From positions 67,518,001 to 67,582,000 of the forward strand of contig OX597818.1 of the NCBI GenBank assembly GCA_951406725.2: a DNA stretch of 64,000 nt. Reading direction: 5' to 3'. A program made the position numbers and the translations under genes. This document shows, piece after piece, positions 26,722 through 42,915 of the stretch. A model generated the notes under the pieces. It made no database searches and was not told the DNA's origin. It saw nothing but the letters and a program-made list of their open reading frames with translations. How positions within the stretch are numbered: the first letter of the stretch is position 1; each line of letters starts with the position of its first letter. Source of the DNA: Octopus vulgaris. Lineage: Eukaryota.

Positions 26722-26896
26722 GTATATACATACGACAGGCTTCTTTCAGTTTCCGTCTACCAAATCCACTCACAAGGCATTGGTCGGCCCGGGGCCATAG
26801 CGGAAGACACCTGCCGAAGATGCCACGCAGTGGGACTGAACCCGGAACCATGTGGTTGGTTAGCAAGCTACTTACCACACAGTCACTCCTGCGCCT
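26428..26896 (-). mobile_element. SINE family A, near full length
   Basis: Minus-strand head AGGCGCAGGAGTGACTGTGTGGTAAG (A-box-like) with GGTTCAGTCCC (B-box-like), internal (TA)n and GAGTAAAA tail. Confidence 0.92.
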
Positions 26897-27560
26897 ATAT
26901 GTATATACGGAAAGAAATAATATGAAAGACACAATATTTGTTTTAAAAGACTAAAGAATATATTAGAATCAAAATAGAAAATAGGATTTTTTTACTCCTA
27001 ACATTAAGAACGGGTTCGTTATCGTTTTCAAATTATGAGTTTTGCGTAAATTTCTGTATTAGACATTTTGTTTGCTAGGGGAGGATATTGGTAACAAACT
27101 AATTTTACAGTAAAGGGGAAGTAAATCTGTAATTTATTATATTGGTCTACATTTTATTTTTACCATAGTTGGGGTAAATCTATTTTGTGGAGGTTATCTC
27201 TTGTCTGTTGGCCGGACAACTCCGTCGAGTTTAGTTCAGATTTAAACACCTTATGTACGACGCTAAATAAACCGGACAATAACCGACCCACACAAAATGA
27301 AGCGCAGCACTACGACGCACTATCAACTGTGAATTTAATTAAAAGGAGAATAGATAACATCTGGAACACAAATCTTCGTATCAGCAATATGATTAAAAAT
27401 TTCACCAAAGTAGAAATTTATGAATGTTGAATAAACGCAACATCGATGATTCTTCAAAGCAAATTTCTTAAATCAGAAATTGAACTAATAAAATTAAGAG
27501 ATTCAAACTATGAAGAAAAATACCAAAACATCGACGCAGAGTTGCAAAGGGAACTTTGTG

Positions 27561-27596
<36 letters not shown>

Positions 27597-28911
27597 TATA
27601 TATATATACCTACATACATACATATGTATATTTTTTATCTACAAATAGAACGATGTCTTCATTTTGTAACTTGTTAAAGTTAGCTAGTACTGCATGGATG
27701 AAATAAAATGTTAATCTATAGATATCATATAAGGATCTTGATTATTTTTCTGTAATACAGAAACGTCGTAAAACTATATACGTCAAGAATTATGCCTGGA
27801 AATGTGTTGCTTCTAGAGCAATTATTACCACCTCCCAAAAGTATTGAAAAGAGTCATACGTATCAGAATTATTTATGTCGAACAATGAAGAATACTTTAC
27901 ACAGTTTATCAAGAATTTGGAAACTATGATCTAAAAATTTTAATATGCTCCACAATCACCAAAAAATGTCGACAAGTGTACTCTGTATAAGCGTTCAAAA
28001 CTGCTAAATTTGAGATTTTCAATAGCTTAACATAATCCTCACAACTAACCGCAGGATGACTCAAATAACATCCGGTCAGCTTAAATGGAGTAATTTTTAT
28101 AGGCAACAACCCTCATCGCCTACATCGCTCTAACACCTGCAAACTTACCTCGAAGCCTTGTAATCGGTTCTCAACGCTCTTCCTTACATTGTACGATCCC
28201 GACTTAGTAACTACGTCATCTCCCGAAATCAAGGTCGGCAACACATGTTCTAGGATTTCTCTTAGTCTATAATTTCCTGATCAAACACAAGGACATGAAA
28301 TTTGAGTAGCTTCTTCTAATTAATTCTAAGAAAAATTATATACCTCTAGTTATATTATTATACGAAGACTTATGTTCACAAACTGGAGGAAGATACATGA
28401 AATGCAAGTAATACGATCTTCACTTTCATCTAAATATTTAAAGGTATTTCATGGCTCCTAACTTCATGCGAGGCGTGCATCGAAAATGTAAGTTTTGTTG
28501 TGCTTATTTGTGAACGTTTATCTTCAAAGCTTCAACATATATTCATATAGGTGCGTGTATACGTATGTATACCTATATATATATTTATGCATATATATAT
28601 TTATATTTATATTCATATATTATGTGTGCCTCTGTATGTGAGTATGTATCTACAAACACACACAAACACGTATGCACATGCATACAGATATATATATACA
28701 AATATATAAACAGACGTGCACGCATCTATATATTTGTTTACATATGTACGTACGTGTGTAACTGTTTACATATACATCAGTCTTTGTGCGAGTTTATGTA
28801 TCGCTTGTATCAATATCTTCACACATGCATATGTGTATATGTAACTGCATGTATTATGTGTATGTAATTTTGTATAAGTGCATCTATCTGTATATATACA
28901 TACACACACAC

Positions 28912-28997
<86 letters not shown>

Positions 28998-30068
28998 GTA
29001 TGTATGTATGTATGTATATATATATATTGATATATACAGAGAGAAAGAGAGAGCGTGTCTGTGTAATCATTATGCTTGGCCTTAAATCCTACCAGTTTAA
29101 TTGAATTGGATTTCGGCCAGTTTCATAAGCAGAAGTTCCTGAAGATATTAAGAAGTTTAGTGTTAATCTATGCAGAGTTCACTGTTCAGTTAAGGGTCAT
29201 CGATCAAAATTTCAATTGTAGTTGACATCATTTGGTTTAACAGTTGCTATTTTAAGTCTTATTTTGTGTTATGTTTAAATATAAACTGCGGGACTGACAT
29301 AGTAGAATGGACTAAAGTTGTTGCGTATCGCAATATATTTATTATTATTACCGCGGTTTCTTTACCAAAGAAGAACTTACATTGTGAAAATTCATGAAGG
29401 TATGCGCACTCATAAAAACTACCACTTTATTGTTTCATCATTGAGATTGTTATTTGATGTTTGTTATTCGCAGAAAGGTTTGTGTTATCTAGCAAGCTGA
29501 GTGATTACATGATTTTACTAATCTTTTTGTTTCCTTTCAAAACAACCGCTTGCATGTAAATTCCTCAATGCAACTATCCCCAGACAAGACACCTTACACA
29601 TGTGTTATCAGCATTCGTTTCAAACCTGTTGTTCGTTACTTCCATGTCTATCTGCAACAATCTCTTTCATTTCATTTCTCTCTGTCTTGTGTCCTTATTT
29701 AGTTTCTTAAATAATGATCAGTTCTCTCACGATGTGTTATTTATTTCTAGCATTTGTGCAAAATCATATTTTTGAATCCAGTACTTTAAAAAGTAAAAAT
29801 TAGTACATAAAGCATTTTATTCCATCGAAACATTTTGCAAATTTCCAACAAGTATTCAGTCGTATCGATAAAACCACAATTGATACATTCAAGGAATGAA
29901 TGCTTTGATTGATAATAAAGTAATATTGACAATGGATGTAGTATGTATATTTGTGTTTAATTTTTAGTGGGATAGAGAAAGAAATTTGTATATATATATA
30001 CATATATACATACGAACGTGTATACGTTCATACGCGAACATCATACACGCACACATATGTATATATAT

Positions 30069-31444
<1,376 letters not shown>

Positions 31445-31468
31445 ATAAATATATATATATATATATAT

Positions 31469-31698
31469 ATTTCTTTACTACCCACAAGGGGCTAAACACA
31501 GAGGGGACAAACAAGGACAGACAAAGGGATTCAGTCGATTACATCGACCCCCATTGCGTAACTGGTACTTAATTTATCGACCCCGAAAGGATGAAAGGCA
31601 AAGTCGACCTCAGCAGAATTTGAACTCAGAACGTAACGACAGACGAAATACGGCTACGCATTTCGCCCGGCGTGCTAACTCTCTGCCAGATCGCCGCC
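31469..31698 (-). mobile_element. SINE family B
   Basis: Reverse complement of the 15466-15688 family. Confidence 0.9.
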
Positions 31699-31720
31699 TT
31701 ATATATATATAGTATATGTT

Positions 31721-32415
31721 GCTATGTTAGAAAGAATTAGTCTAGCGAAGGAAAAAGGACAGATTACAATTGAAAAGTTTCAAAGTCCGACAGAGTGACA
31801 ATAGTGAGTTGAAAGCGAAAAATAGAGAAAAGGAGGAGGGAGAGACGAGCATAAAGATAAGTAGACGAGGACTTACGGACCAGCAAACTGGATAATATTT
31901 ATCTCTGGTTCATGAATTTAAGAAACAGAATAAGTAACGTTTCTTCGTTTTTTGTTTTCAGAGAGATGGCCACACTAGCCTGCAAAAGATATAGGAATGT
32001 ATGAGCATAGTAATACGTTTCTATGTGAGAAAGAATTAGTCCAGTGAATGAAAAATGGACAAGCTTACATTTGTAAAGTTTCGAAAGTCGACAGAGTGAC
32101 GATAGAGTGCTGGAGGAGAGAAAGATAAAGTGAGAGGGAAGGACAGAGGAATATAAGGATGATTAGACAGTGACTTACGAACCGGCAAGCTGGAAGGTAT
32201 AGATCTCCAGATAATGAATTAAAGAAAGAGAAACAGTTTCACGTTCTTTTCAGTGAGATGGCCACACAAGCCCGCAAATGATATTGGTAGATATGAGTAT
32301 AGTAATACGTAGCTATGTTAGAAAGAATTAGTCGAACGAAGGAAAAAGAAAACGCTTTCATTAGTAAAGTTTCTCAGTCCGAGAGGGCGACGATAGAGAG
32401 TTGGAGAAGGAATGA
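31721..32415. repeat. Diverged tandem repeat, ~290-300 bp unit, ~2.3 copies
   Basis: CTATGT.AGAAAGAATTAGTC recurs at about 31722, 32022 and 32313. GAGATGGCCACAC and TATGAG.ATAGTAATACGT each recur twice. Confidence 0.85.
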
Positions 32416-32439
32416 AAAACATTTTTGCAACCATCATTA

Positions 32440-32642
32440 ACAGGCATCTTGGTACAAAGCGAGGGAAAAAAGCTGCAAATATACCACTTACGCTGACCTG
32501 TAATCTTCGAACTTGCAACATTTGTGGCCTTCTTTGTAAATCGTTGGCGGGTCTTAAATGTCACACTCGGCATAACCATTATTACAGACAAGGTAAGTGT
32601 ACGTTGCCGGAGTCTCATACGTCAAAACCGACGGGAGAGTCC

Positions 32643-32645
<3 letters not shown>
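32440..32645 (+). mobile_element. RTE-type LINE 3' end with C2H2 finger remnant
   Basis: [21 protein letters not shown], then a short 3' UTR ending in a microsatellite. Confidence 0.65.
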
Positions 32646-32719
<74 letters not shown>

Positions 32720-32720
32720 G

Positions 32721-32754
<34 letters not shown>

Positions 32755-32821
32755 TGTATGTATGTATGCATGTATGTATGTATGTATGGATGGATGGATG
32801 GATGGATGGATGGATGTGAAA

Positions 32822-33000
32822 GCGCATGGCTTGGTGGTTAGTGTGTTGCACTCACGATTGGAAGATCGTGGGTTCGATTACCGGACTAGGCATTGGGGTG
32901 TGTCCTTGAGCAAAGAACTTCATTTCACGTTGCTCTTCGGTAGTTTCGACAGCTGACATGTGTCACCTAGTTGCAGCAGCACAGGTAATGTCGATTTGAT
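32822..33000 (+). mobile_element. tRNA-derived SINE (family C) 5' part
   Basis: A-box TGGCTTGGTGG, B-box GGTTCGATTAC, then a TGTGTCCTTGAGCAA core-like motif. Confidence 0.7.
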
Positions 33001-33118
33001 ATATGGAGTCACCTTAAGTCTTCACTAGCATTCCTTTACAATAAAGATATTAGCTGTGTCGTTGTTCGGTAAGAAATTGTCGAATCGTCAAACGTCGTCT
33101 AACGACGTGAGAGTTATG

Positions 33119-33174
<56 letters not shown>

Positions 33175-33242
33175 TGTGTGTGTATGTATGTATATGTGTG
33201 TATATGTATATACACACATATATACGCGCGTACGTGCACACA

Positions 33243-34489
33243 TAAGAGGTGTTCGTGAGAAGTTTGACGAATCTGTCTTCTAATCTTTATATATAAAAGT
33301 AAGGTTGTGTGCTGTCTATCTCCTACGATTTAGATTCCTAACTACTCCCACATTTTGCGGTGCAGTTTAACCAAAACCGGATATCTTATAGTCGTGATTC
33401 ATATCGAGCCCTTCTGGGTATTAGCGCACGTCTACGATGAGTCTACAATTTAAAAAATATTTACCATCAATTTTTCCCATTTTAATGCAATTTTGGCATA
33501 TATAAGGGAAGTAACTCTCTAAAAATTTATTATTAAACCTCAGAACGTTAAAAGCTACAGTAGCACCACCACCCCTTTGTGGTTAGCCATATTGAGATGG
33601 CTATTATATTTTACATCTCTAAAAATGCTTATATGATTATTTCCCTTACAAACCCGAGCAACGCCGGGCGATTCTGCTAGTTTACAATAAATTTCACAGC
33701 TTGACGTACTGCTGTGCAGACAACGGTGTCTTCGTTGAGAAAATGTTAGCTCGCATGAGGACCGGAAGCCCTCTGAATACTGGTAAAGAGTTACATGCAT
33801 CAGAATGAATCAAGTCAGGTTTCGAAATGCTCTGTGGACACTATAAATGCTGCACGACCTGACATGGATAGCTGAAATAGAGTCTACGAAGACCTGGTCA
33901 GCCGGAAGGTACACAGCAGACGTTCTGACTTTGTCGTCATGACGGAATAACGGAGTATGTCCCCCACATATGTGAACAGAAACTTAGGCTCAGTCCAGGC
34001 TGCCCTGTGAAGCTGCTGAAAACGGCAATCAATGTCCGACTGGAGATTTGTTGCACGTATCAGGTCACATGTATGGTAGCAGGATTGGGTTTCTTGCCTT
34101 ACCTCAGGAAAATTTCAGAAGTGCTTGCCGGAGAATTTCTCCAACTTCACTACCTCCAATATCCAGCCTCTTAATTTTTTTTTATTGTAATCTCATGATC
34201 TAATACGTGTGGGGCACGTTTGAAGAACACACCAACCGCTGTGCCTACAATAACAAGACATAACTTGTGGTGAAGATCAAGAAGATACTCTTCCATTTTC
34301 CTTAGAACAGAGATAGAAATGCCTGCGCCTGGTTCCTCACTCATCTGACTGTGATTTAAGCTGGGCTTGTTTCTTAGACTAAACTGTTATCTCCCATCCA
34401 TAAAATCTATTTGAGATTTTACGAGTACATGGGGCAGTGTTTCTTTTTCCATTTATGTGGACTCTGAAATTTACCCGGTAGACACTGTA
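33243..34489 (+). mobile_element. Decayed maT/Tc1-like DNA transposon interrupted by a Helitron
   Basis: Frameshifted motifs MSPH..EQKLRL, VW*QD, TSGKFQK.L.ENF, YVWG.FE, NAC.WF. The element ends ...CACTGTA. The left end is uncertain. Confidence 0.6.
33284..33680 (+). mobile_element. Non-autonomous Helitron
   Basis: Starts TCTTTATATATAAAA and ends with the hairpin CCCGAGCAACGCCGGG then CTAG. It sits between A (33283) and T (33681). Confidence 0.9.
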
Positions 34490-35487
34490 TGTGTGTAGTG
34501 AGGTTTTGTGTCTGTGTGTGTGTGTGCGTGTGTGTGTGTGTGTCTGTGTGTGAGTGTGTGTTGGTGCATGCACGCGCGTGCGTGCGTATGTACATGTCTG
34601 TGTGTCTATACATGTGCATGCTTTTATATGTATATATGTTTTGGGGGTATTAATCCTTCCTGTTATATTCACAACGCCTGAATTTTGGGGCTAGGAGTAA
34701 GTCTATTATATCGACCCTAGTAGTCAACTGGTATCTATTTTATCGACCTCGAAAGGGAATTTGTACTCTGAACAAGACGATATTTTGCCCAGTAGGATAC
34801 CGATGCTGCTAGCACGCCACATTGGGGTAACAAGGCCAGCTGATAATTGCTCCGTCTATTCCATACTTATTGTAAAAATTAGAACCAATAAAATTTATGG
34901 AGATCAACGTCTCTACTAGGAACCCTCCAACTAAAGAGCTACACCTTCAATTCCAAAAAAAAAACAGCGTAACAAAACCTGTTCAGTTTCCTTAAAACCT
35001 CTTTATAAACGATACCCGAAAAATATTTACGTGGGGCGACATGGAAGAGTACAACCCTAGCTGAGTGGATATATATAAACACACAGACACATATGTGGAT
35101 GAGTGTAAATGTATATTCTTTGTGCTTTCCTCCATTTTATTCTCGATATAAATTTACAGTGTAAATTATGATAATATTTACAGCAATAAAATCGATTGAC
35201 CTTCGAAATAGAACGAGTTAATATACTTAAACGTTCTTCGAATATGGTCTTCACGTTTCTTGGCGAGATATAACTTTCGGTTACAGCATAATTTTAAAAT
35301 GTTCATCAAATGATTTGAACAGGAGATATTGCTGGCGGTTTCATCGATAACTGTCGAGAAATCTCCGACAACCATGCTGCTGACACGGTTTATGATACGC
35401 ATACTGATGTTTCATGTCTATTAAATGGGCATATATGCGTGTGTATGTGTATGCGTGGGTTCGTGAGCTTACGTGTGTGTCTGTGCA

Positions 35488-35529
<42 letters not shown>

Positions 35530-36873
35530 CAGAGAGAGAGAGAGAGATGTAGATATAGATATAGATATATATAAATATATAAATATAAGTATGTATATAT
35601 ATATACATATATACATATACATGTTTGTATATATGAACAAAAATAATAACCATTTATGTATTTATTAACTTGTAGCTTCATTAGCAACAGCGAACTTGTT
35701 TGCTTTCGTATGATACAGAAAACATCGAAACATCACAGGTTTTTAGCTCATAATCTAGCGGTTTTTTATATATCATAAATCAAATAAATGGCTCTATACT
35801 GTTAACTAATCATATTCCGATTTTTGTTTTTGCGGATATTTTGCCGTTTGTGCGAAAAATATATAACAATCTCTTGAAAATTCATCGTGTTTATTTCAGT
35901 CTCGATAAAGATATCCATCGTTAATGCAGCTTTCGTAATTTCAATTTTCAATGAAAGCTTCCAACACTCATTTCTACTCTCACGTAATTTCCCCTCTCCG
36001 TAGGACGGGTATCTTTTACATTAAAACCCAAATATAATGTTGATATAGGACGCACGTATTGATTACTCTAAAACGCTTCAGCAAGTTATTTTAACCATAA
36101 GGTTGCTGTCTATCATTAAAGCAACTAATGTGGTTTAAATATTCCATTAACTACTGAAATGAGAATTTCTGTTCTTATTCCATATTATACCTCCGTACAA
36201 CGACATTTGATCTGATAGATTACTTATATAAAAGTCAAAAACTGACGACATTAAAAACATTTTATGTAACTCACAACCGCATACCTGTTGTGTACGCAGT
36301 GGGGACTGAAATCATTTAAACATTAAATTTAAGTGTAAAGCGTGAATGCCCTTCACGTTTACTTAACTACATATCTGCAATAAGCCTCGTAAAGAATGGG
36401 AATGTGGTGTAAAAGAGATACAGAAATACACTGAAAATGTCATATATTATTTTAATTACAAGTCTGTTGTGTGCTCTTGATGAAACATGCGAAATTTCAA
36501 TATTCCATGATACATTAACGAGATATTATGATCACTTCAGTTTTAATTCTCCTCAACCATAGCATGAGTAACACAAATCTGTGTGCGTGTGTGGTATATA
36601 TGTATGTATGAATGGATATACGTACGTATCTATGTATTTATATGTGTGTATGTATGCATATATTAACGAAGTTATGTGTTTGCCTCCGCGCGTGCGTATT
36701 TGAGGGTGTCTATAATATATATGAGCATGCAGATATGCATAACTGCGTGAATAGAGAATTGTTTTTACGTACATACAGGATATTTACACATATATTTATT
36801 TACATTTATATCTATATTATGTGTAAATCTATCATTCTATCATTCTGTTTATCTATCTATCTGTCTGTCTACC

Positions 36874-36938
<65 letters not shown>

Positions 36939-37929
36939 CATCTAACTAACTAATTAATTAACTCTAGAAATATTAATTTCAAGCATATTCACTCCATCTA
37001 CACAAGAGCTTTTCGAAGTCAGTCAGAGGTAAGATAGATGCAAGATGGGCCCATGGCTTTCTAACTCCTTTAGCGTTTCAAAATCAGCAAAATCTATGAA
37101 ACCTGTTAAGCTTTTTAAAACAAACTGTCTAAAAGAGACCCAGTGTATTTTCAATATATATATAAAGGGTTGGATATGTATACGTGTCTATGTGGAAGGG
37201 AGAGAGAATCTGTGGGTGTGTGTGTGTGTGTGTGTGCGTTTGCGTGTGTACGGATATGTGTGTGTGTATGAATGACCTTAAATTACAATCTTATAGCGGC
37301 GAGGAGAAATATACAAGGACATATGAACTTCAAGATGTTAAATCATTTTTTTTTTTTTGGTATGAGATTTTAACGTTCAACATAGTTGAACACAGAATCT
37401 TCTGACGAGTCATGGTTTAATGAGAGTCAAAAAACATAAAATCAGGCCTAATTTTAAAGTGTTCCAATAATTACATACGATTACGCCTTCTCTGCGACGA
37501 AACGACTAGTCTGTTATTAGCCATAAATTTAGCAAGACGTGTAAAGTAAAGCTTTTACCATCATGCCAAACAGATATTTTTGATTTTCTTTCAATTTCAA
37601 ATGGAGCAGTAGTCCGAATTTACCTTCAGGCTAAACAATGATTTTTTTTTTTTTTTCCTTAAGAAAAATGTTCATCTTTTACGTCAAGGAATTACACAAG
37701 TTTCCTGAATTACTCATCCTACTAAAATCATGAGATCTACACAACAAATCCATACTGGAAAATATTCCAAGAAATTTAAAGTGATGTTACATCAGTAACG
37801 CTGTTGTCAATGGGCAAGAATTCCGTGAATTCTAAGATAATGACGGTACCCTCTAAAACGAAATTAATAAATATGATTCTGTGTAATGATTATTGAGTGA
37901 TTTTGCATCTTAATTACTGGCTGTCAAAA

Positions 37930-38130
37930 TATATATCACCATGATAGTTCGCTAGCCACTAAACCTTTTTCTATTTCCTCTCCCTATTTATTTCTGTGTT
38001 CCTTTCCATCTTAGAGCGTAAGCTCGAAACATAAAAGACTTTCTCACTTCCCGAGCGTTAAACTAATACAACTGATTGTTGCTTACACACCCAAATTCGT
38101 CTTTTGTTTTTTGTTTGTAAATTCTCACTA
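37930..38130 (+). repeat. Interspersed repeat with decayed HHR-like motif, homologous to 2620-2770
   Basis: CTTT-(core lost)-GAGC-GTAA-GCTC-GAAA-CA-TA-AAAG at 38002-38037. Confidence 0.55.
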
Positions 38131-38148
38131 TATATATGTGTGTGTGTG

Positions 38149-38206
<58 letters not shown>

Positions 38207-39151
38207 AATGTAAAGTCCAAGGATGAAGGACTAAGGAGGTGATAGTCTTCGACAAGTCCTTAGAGAGTGTTAGAAAATTCAACTTTCAGGAAGAATAGAG
38301 GTTTATTAATGTAGATGGTTGCAACGATTTCTCGTTTCGAAATTCGATATGTTGAAAAAATTGCTTTATAGCAGCAGAGATTGCTGTGTATACGAATACA
38401 TATATGTTTGTATGTGTGTGTATGTGTTTGTATTGATATATCTATCTATGTATGTGTGTGGGGTTGTGCTTATTTAGTTGTATGTGTGTGTACTTATATT
38501 TCTCCCAACCATCACTTAACCGGTGTTTGTTTTTATATGTCCCGGTAATTTAACACATCTATAAAAGAGACTAATTGACAAAGTATCAGACTTCAAGAAA
38601 TTCTACGAGACGGTGAACCAGCGGAGCAGCTGTCTTGTGAGTGGAACCAGGAAGAGATAAAACATATCTATGTACGAGTGTGTCTGTACAAATGTAAACA
38701 TACTTGTCTCTATGTATATATGTATATACGTCCACATCATTTATTCTATATGTGTTTGGCATTTGTGGTGCACCTAATGATATCATAGCAGTTAGTTTCT
38801 TTTACCTTTGTTTGCTTCGTCTTTACAGATTTTTGTTTTCATTACACATTTATAATCTACCGCTAATGAAAAATCTCCAGCCACGCTCCAAACAACTTTA
38901 TTGAAAATCTTGTTATATCTGTAGCAGATAGGGAAATGTGCACTGAATAATGTAGAGAAAGCCATAGTAATACTTGTGAATCCATTTAAACTAGGTGTGC
39001 ACATCTGCTTTCTTTCTTTCCATCTTGCGTTTCCTTCTAGTTGTTTATTGCAAAATTTTGATATGATTCAACCACGGTTATGCTATGAGTTTCTTTTTCA
39101 AGAATATACATGCGCACGCACGCACACACACATAAACACACACACACACAT

Positions 39152-39187
<36 letters not shown>

Positions 39188-39785
39188 TAACGTATGTAAA
39201 CTGAAACGATGAATTTTCCGGGTCACAGCTCAAAAAGGTTTGGAATTCGGAAATCAAGTCCTGTAAAAAAATGTATTCCTATAACAAATACATTGGAATA
39301 ATCTATCTCATTCAATATATGTGTGTGTGTATATATGTATATATACATATAATACGTAATATGTATGTGTGTGTGACGTTGTGTGTTTGTTGATATATAC
39401 ATACACATACTCACGTATATATATTCATATATCCTACTGTGAGTAGCACAGGATTCACGCACGTGCACCTATATGAACGCAGAATATACACACACAATCC
39501 CTATACATCAATCTAACTACACAGTACTAAATAATATTCTGTAGTGTGTAAAACTTAAGATGTATTCCTGCATATAGAAATATACACGCAGACTCACACA
39601 CAGAGAAACGCACCCCACATACATACATGCGTGTATATAAACATGTAAATATATATGCGTATATATTCATATATGTATGTATTTTAATATATGTGTGTGT
39701 GTGTTTGTGTATGTACATGCGCGTTTGTATATGCATATAAAATGTTGGTGTCTATGCATATATATGTATGTGTGTATATATATTA

Positions 39786-39840
<55 letters not shown>

Positions 39841-40738
39841 GTACGAACACACATGCATATATGTATGTGCTTTGATATATGAGTGTTTGTTTTGTATATG
39901 ACCACGCATAAAAGCGAACATACTTTCATGTCCAAATTGAATTATCTTCAGCTTTTCCGGCCTAGAATATGCTACATATACTTAGAAATCAACTGAAAAT
40001 AATATATTAGCTTCACATGACCCCAGCATCTGCGATATAATTAGCTGACTTTCTTAAACTGAACTGATTGCTCAACATGACCCGAAAGTAATAATTTCAT
40101 TAAGATACATCAACAGAATGAAAAATAAGCCGATTTCATCAGCTTTTAACTAGGAATTCTATTAATCTTGATATTGTGAGTCGTTTAATGTTGGTGTAAA
40201 ATATCTGAGGTGGTAAGTGTTGCCATTCCAGACGAAATATATTACACTTTTGTTTCCTTCTTCCTTGCCTCAAGTTACAATGCGGCTTATCCGCTTTTCA
40301 CAATGGCTTACGTAAAATACCAGTAATATAATTCATGTCTACAACATGATATGATTAAATAGTTATCACGGTCATAGGTTGTTACTTTTTTATGACAGGA
40401 CGCGAATTTTAGCTATCTTTGCTAGATTTAGTGGGTAGTCTACAGCTTCACCCCAGATTGCAGCCCTCATAATTCAATGCTTGGCACTAATATCACCATC
40501 AAAGATGTTGAAGATGCAAATTTGATTCAGGAACCTAACCGGAAATGACCGAAGTATCACGTGATGTTTCCATTCAAGAATTTGGCATGCCCAGGCGAAA
40601 CAAATTCATGCGTATTATTCATACATACATACATACATATATACATATATACATACATATATATGTGTGTATTGTTTCTTCGTATATAAATTCATGTATA
40701 TATGTATATATATATATGTATGTATGTGTATATGTATA

Positions 40739-40790
<52 letters not shown>

Positions 40791-40817
40791 AATATGTATG
40801 TATGTATATGTATATAC

Positions 40818-40865
<48 letters not shown>

Positions 40866-41007
40866 GTATATATATATATATATGTATGTATATATATATA
40901 TATATTTATATATATATAAGTATACCCTCCTTCTTCCCTTCCTTCCTGAGCGTCCAACGTCCTCGCGTTGTTGCGTTTTCTCTTTGTGTTTTCATATTTG
41001 GATTAAC

Positions 41008-41055
<48 letters not shown>

Positions 41056-41467
41056 GAGCTGCAATAATTCCTGAACCGGTCATTAATATTTGGATTGTAA
41101 ATTAAACTTTGCATAGTGTCAACCAAACAAAATGTACAGTACCCCCCTTGACAAGTAACCATCTATTTTCCCTTTATTACAAATCAAACAAAAAGCTTTG
41201 AGCTAGGAATATGTGGAATAAAATAATCTTATTTATTTTCGTCCATTGTCCAAGCCATAATGGACAAATAAATAAAAGAAATAGTAATTGCAACCCTTCC
41301 TAATATCTGACTGTAAAGTCATAAAAGCCATCCATTTTGATGGGGAGGACTATGAGGTCCACTCTGAAAGGTTGACGTCGGAATTTGAATCTTAGAATAT
41401 AAGGAAATACGGGACGAATTGCTGCCAGGCATTAGTTCCAGTGTGAGGCTGCTGTTGCAGCTGATTG

Positions 41468-41498
<31 letters not shown>

Positions 41499-41651
41499 GA
41501 TGATGATGATGATGATGATGATGATGTTGATGAAGAAGAGGAGAAGGAGGAGGATATCGTAGGCAGCAGGTAGCAAAGCCTGCTTTTTTATGCAAGGGTC
41601 CAAGACTTCCACAAGGCCAGATGTAAAAGGCTGATAATGTTATGATGATAT

Positions 41652-41700
41652 CAATAACAATAATAATAATAATAATAATAATAACAACAACAACAACAAC

Positions 41701-41732
<32 letters not shown>

Positions 41733-41760
41733 TAATAATAATAACAATAATAATAATAAC

Positions 41761-41833
<73 letters not shown>
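41652..41833 (+). repeat. (TAA)n/(CAA)n microsatellite
   Basis: Direct reading. It forms the 5' flank of the Dong-like LINE. Confidence 0.97.
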
Positions 41834-41834
<1 letters not shown>

Positions 41835-42915
41835 GGAGGAAGGAAGGAAAACTGATCCAGATAGCGGCAAAACACGAGCAAAACAAAAAACTGTTCTCAG
41901 TATTTAAGGAAGCTGACAAATACAAACAAGAAATCATACCACCTAATAAACATGAAGAAGAAGAAGAAGAAGATGAAGAAACAACAAAAGCTATAAAACA
42001 AATGAAATCCAAACTAAAAACAGAACAGCAACGAACCATGATAAAACGATGGCAAGAAAAGCCCTTCATGGTAAATACTGCACTAAACTAAACGCAAAAG
42101 AAATAGACAAAGAAAAATCCCAGCAATGGTTGAGAAGCTCAGGACTCAAAGCAGAAACAGAGGGATTTTTAATTGCAGCACAAGACCAAAGCTTCCCCAC
42201 CAGAAATTACCAAAAACATGTAATGAAAAGAAATATTACAAGTAACTGCAGAATATGTGGAGATGGACAAGAAACAATAAATCATATTATCTCTAGCTGC
42301 CCAGTCCTGGCTAAGAAGGAATATATTCACAGACATGACAGAGTTGGAACCTACATACATTGGAAGCTATGCCAACATTATGGAATAACAACAGAAAAAA
42401 GATGGTATAGGCACACACCAGAAAAGGTCACAGAAAACGAGAAAGCAACCATACTCTGGGATATGCCGATACACACAGATAGAGAAATTAAGGCCAACAG
42501 ACCAGATATAATTGTCAGAGATCATGAAGAAAAAAATGCTTTTTAATTGATGTATCAATACCGGCAGATGACAACGTGTCTCTAAAAGAAATGGAGAAAC
42601 TCTCAAAATACAAAGACCTGGAAATAGAGGTAACTAGAATGTGGAATCTGAAAACAGAAACAATTCCTATCATAGTAGGTGCATTAGTCATGATAAAAAA
42701 ATATTCAGACAAATACATAACAAAAACACCAGGACTTACAAACACATATAACATACAGAAAATTGCACTACTAGGCACTGCCCACATCCTACGCAGAACA
42801 CTTTCCATACAATAACCATCAGAGCATCACAACAAATCACAGCACATACCCAAGGCACACAGAGCTGCGCTCGGTAGTGAAGTGGAAGCACGCTATAAAA
42901 ATAAAAATAAAACTA

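Noticed and set aside
27185-27560. Short coiled-coil-looking ORFs (possible TE ORF N-terminus)
   Set aside because: No diagnostic motif, interrupted by a stop, and ending in a microsatellite. It cannot be assigned.
31721-32415. Regularly spaced repeats considered as a CRISPR-like array
   Set aside because: Whole units are homologous (no unique spacers), the context is eukaryotic, and there are no cas genes.
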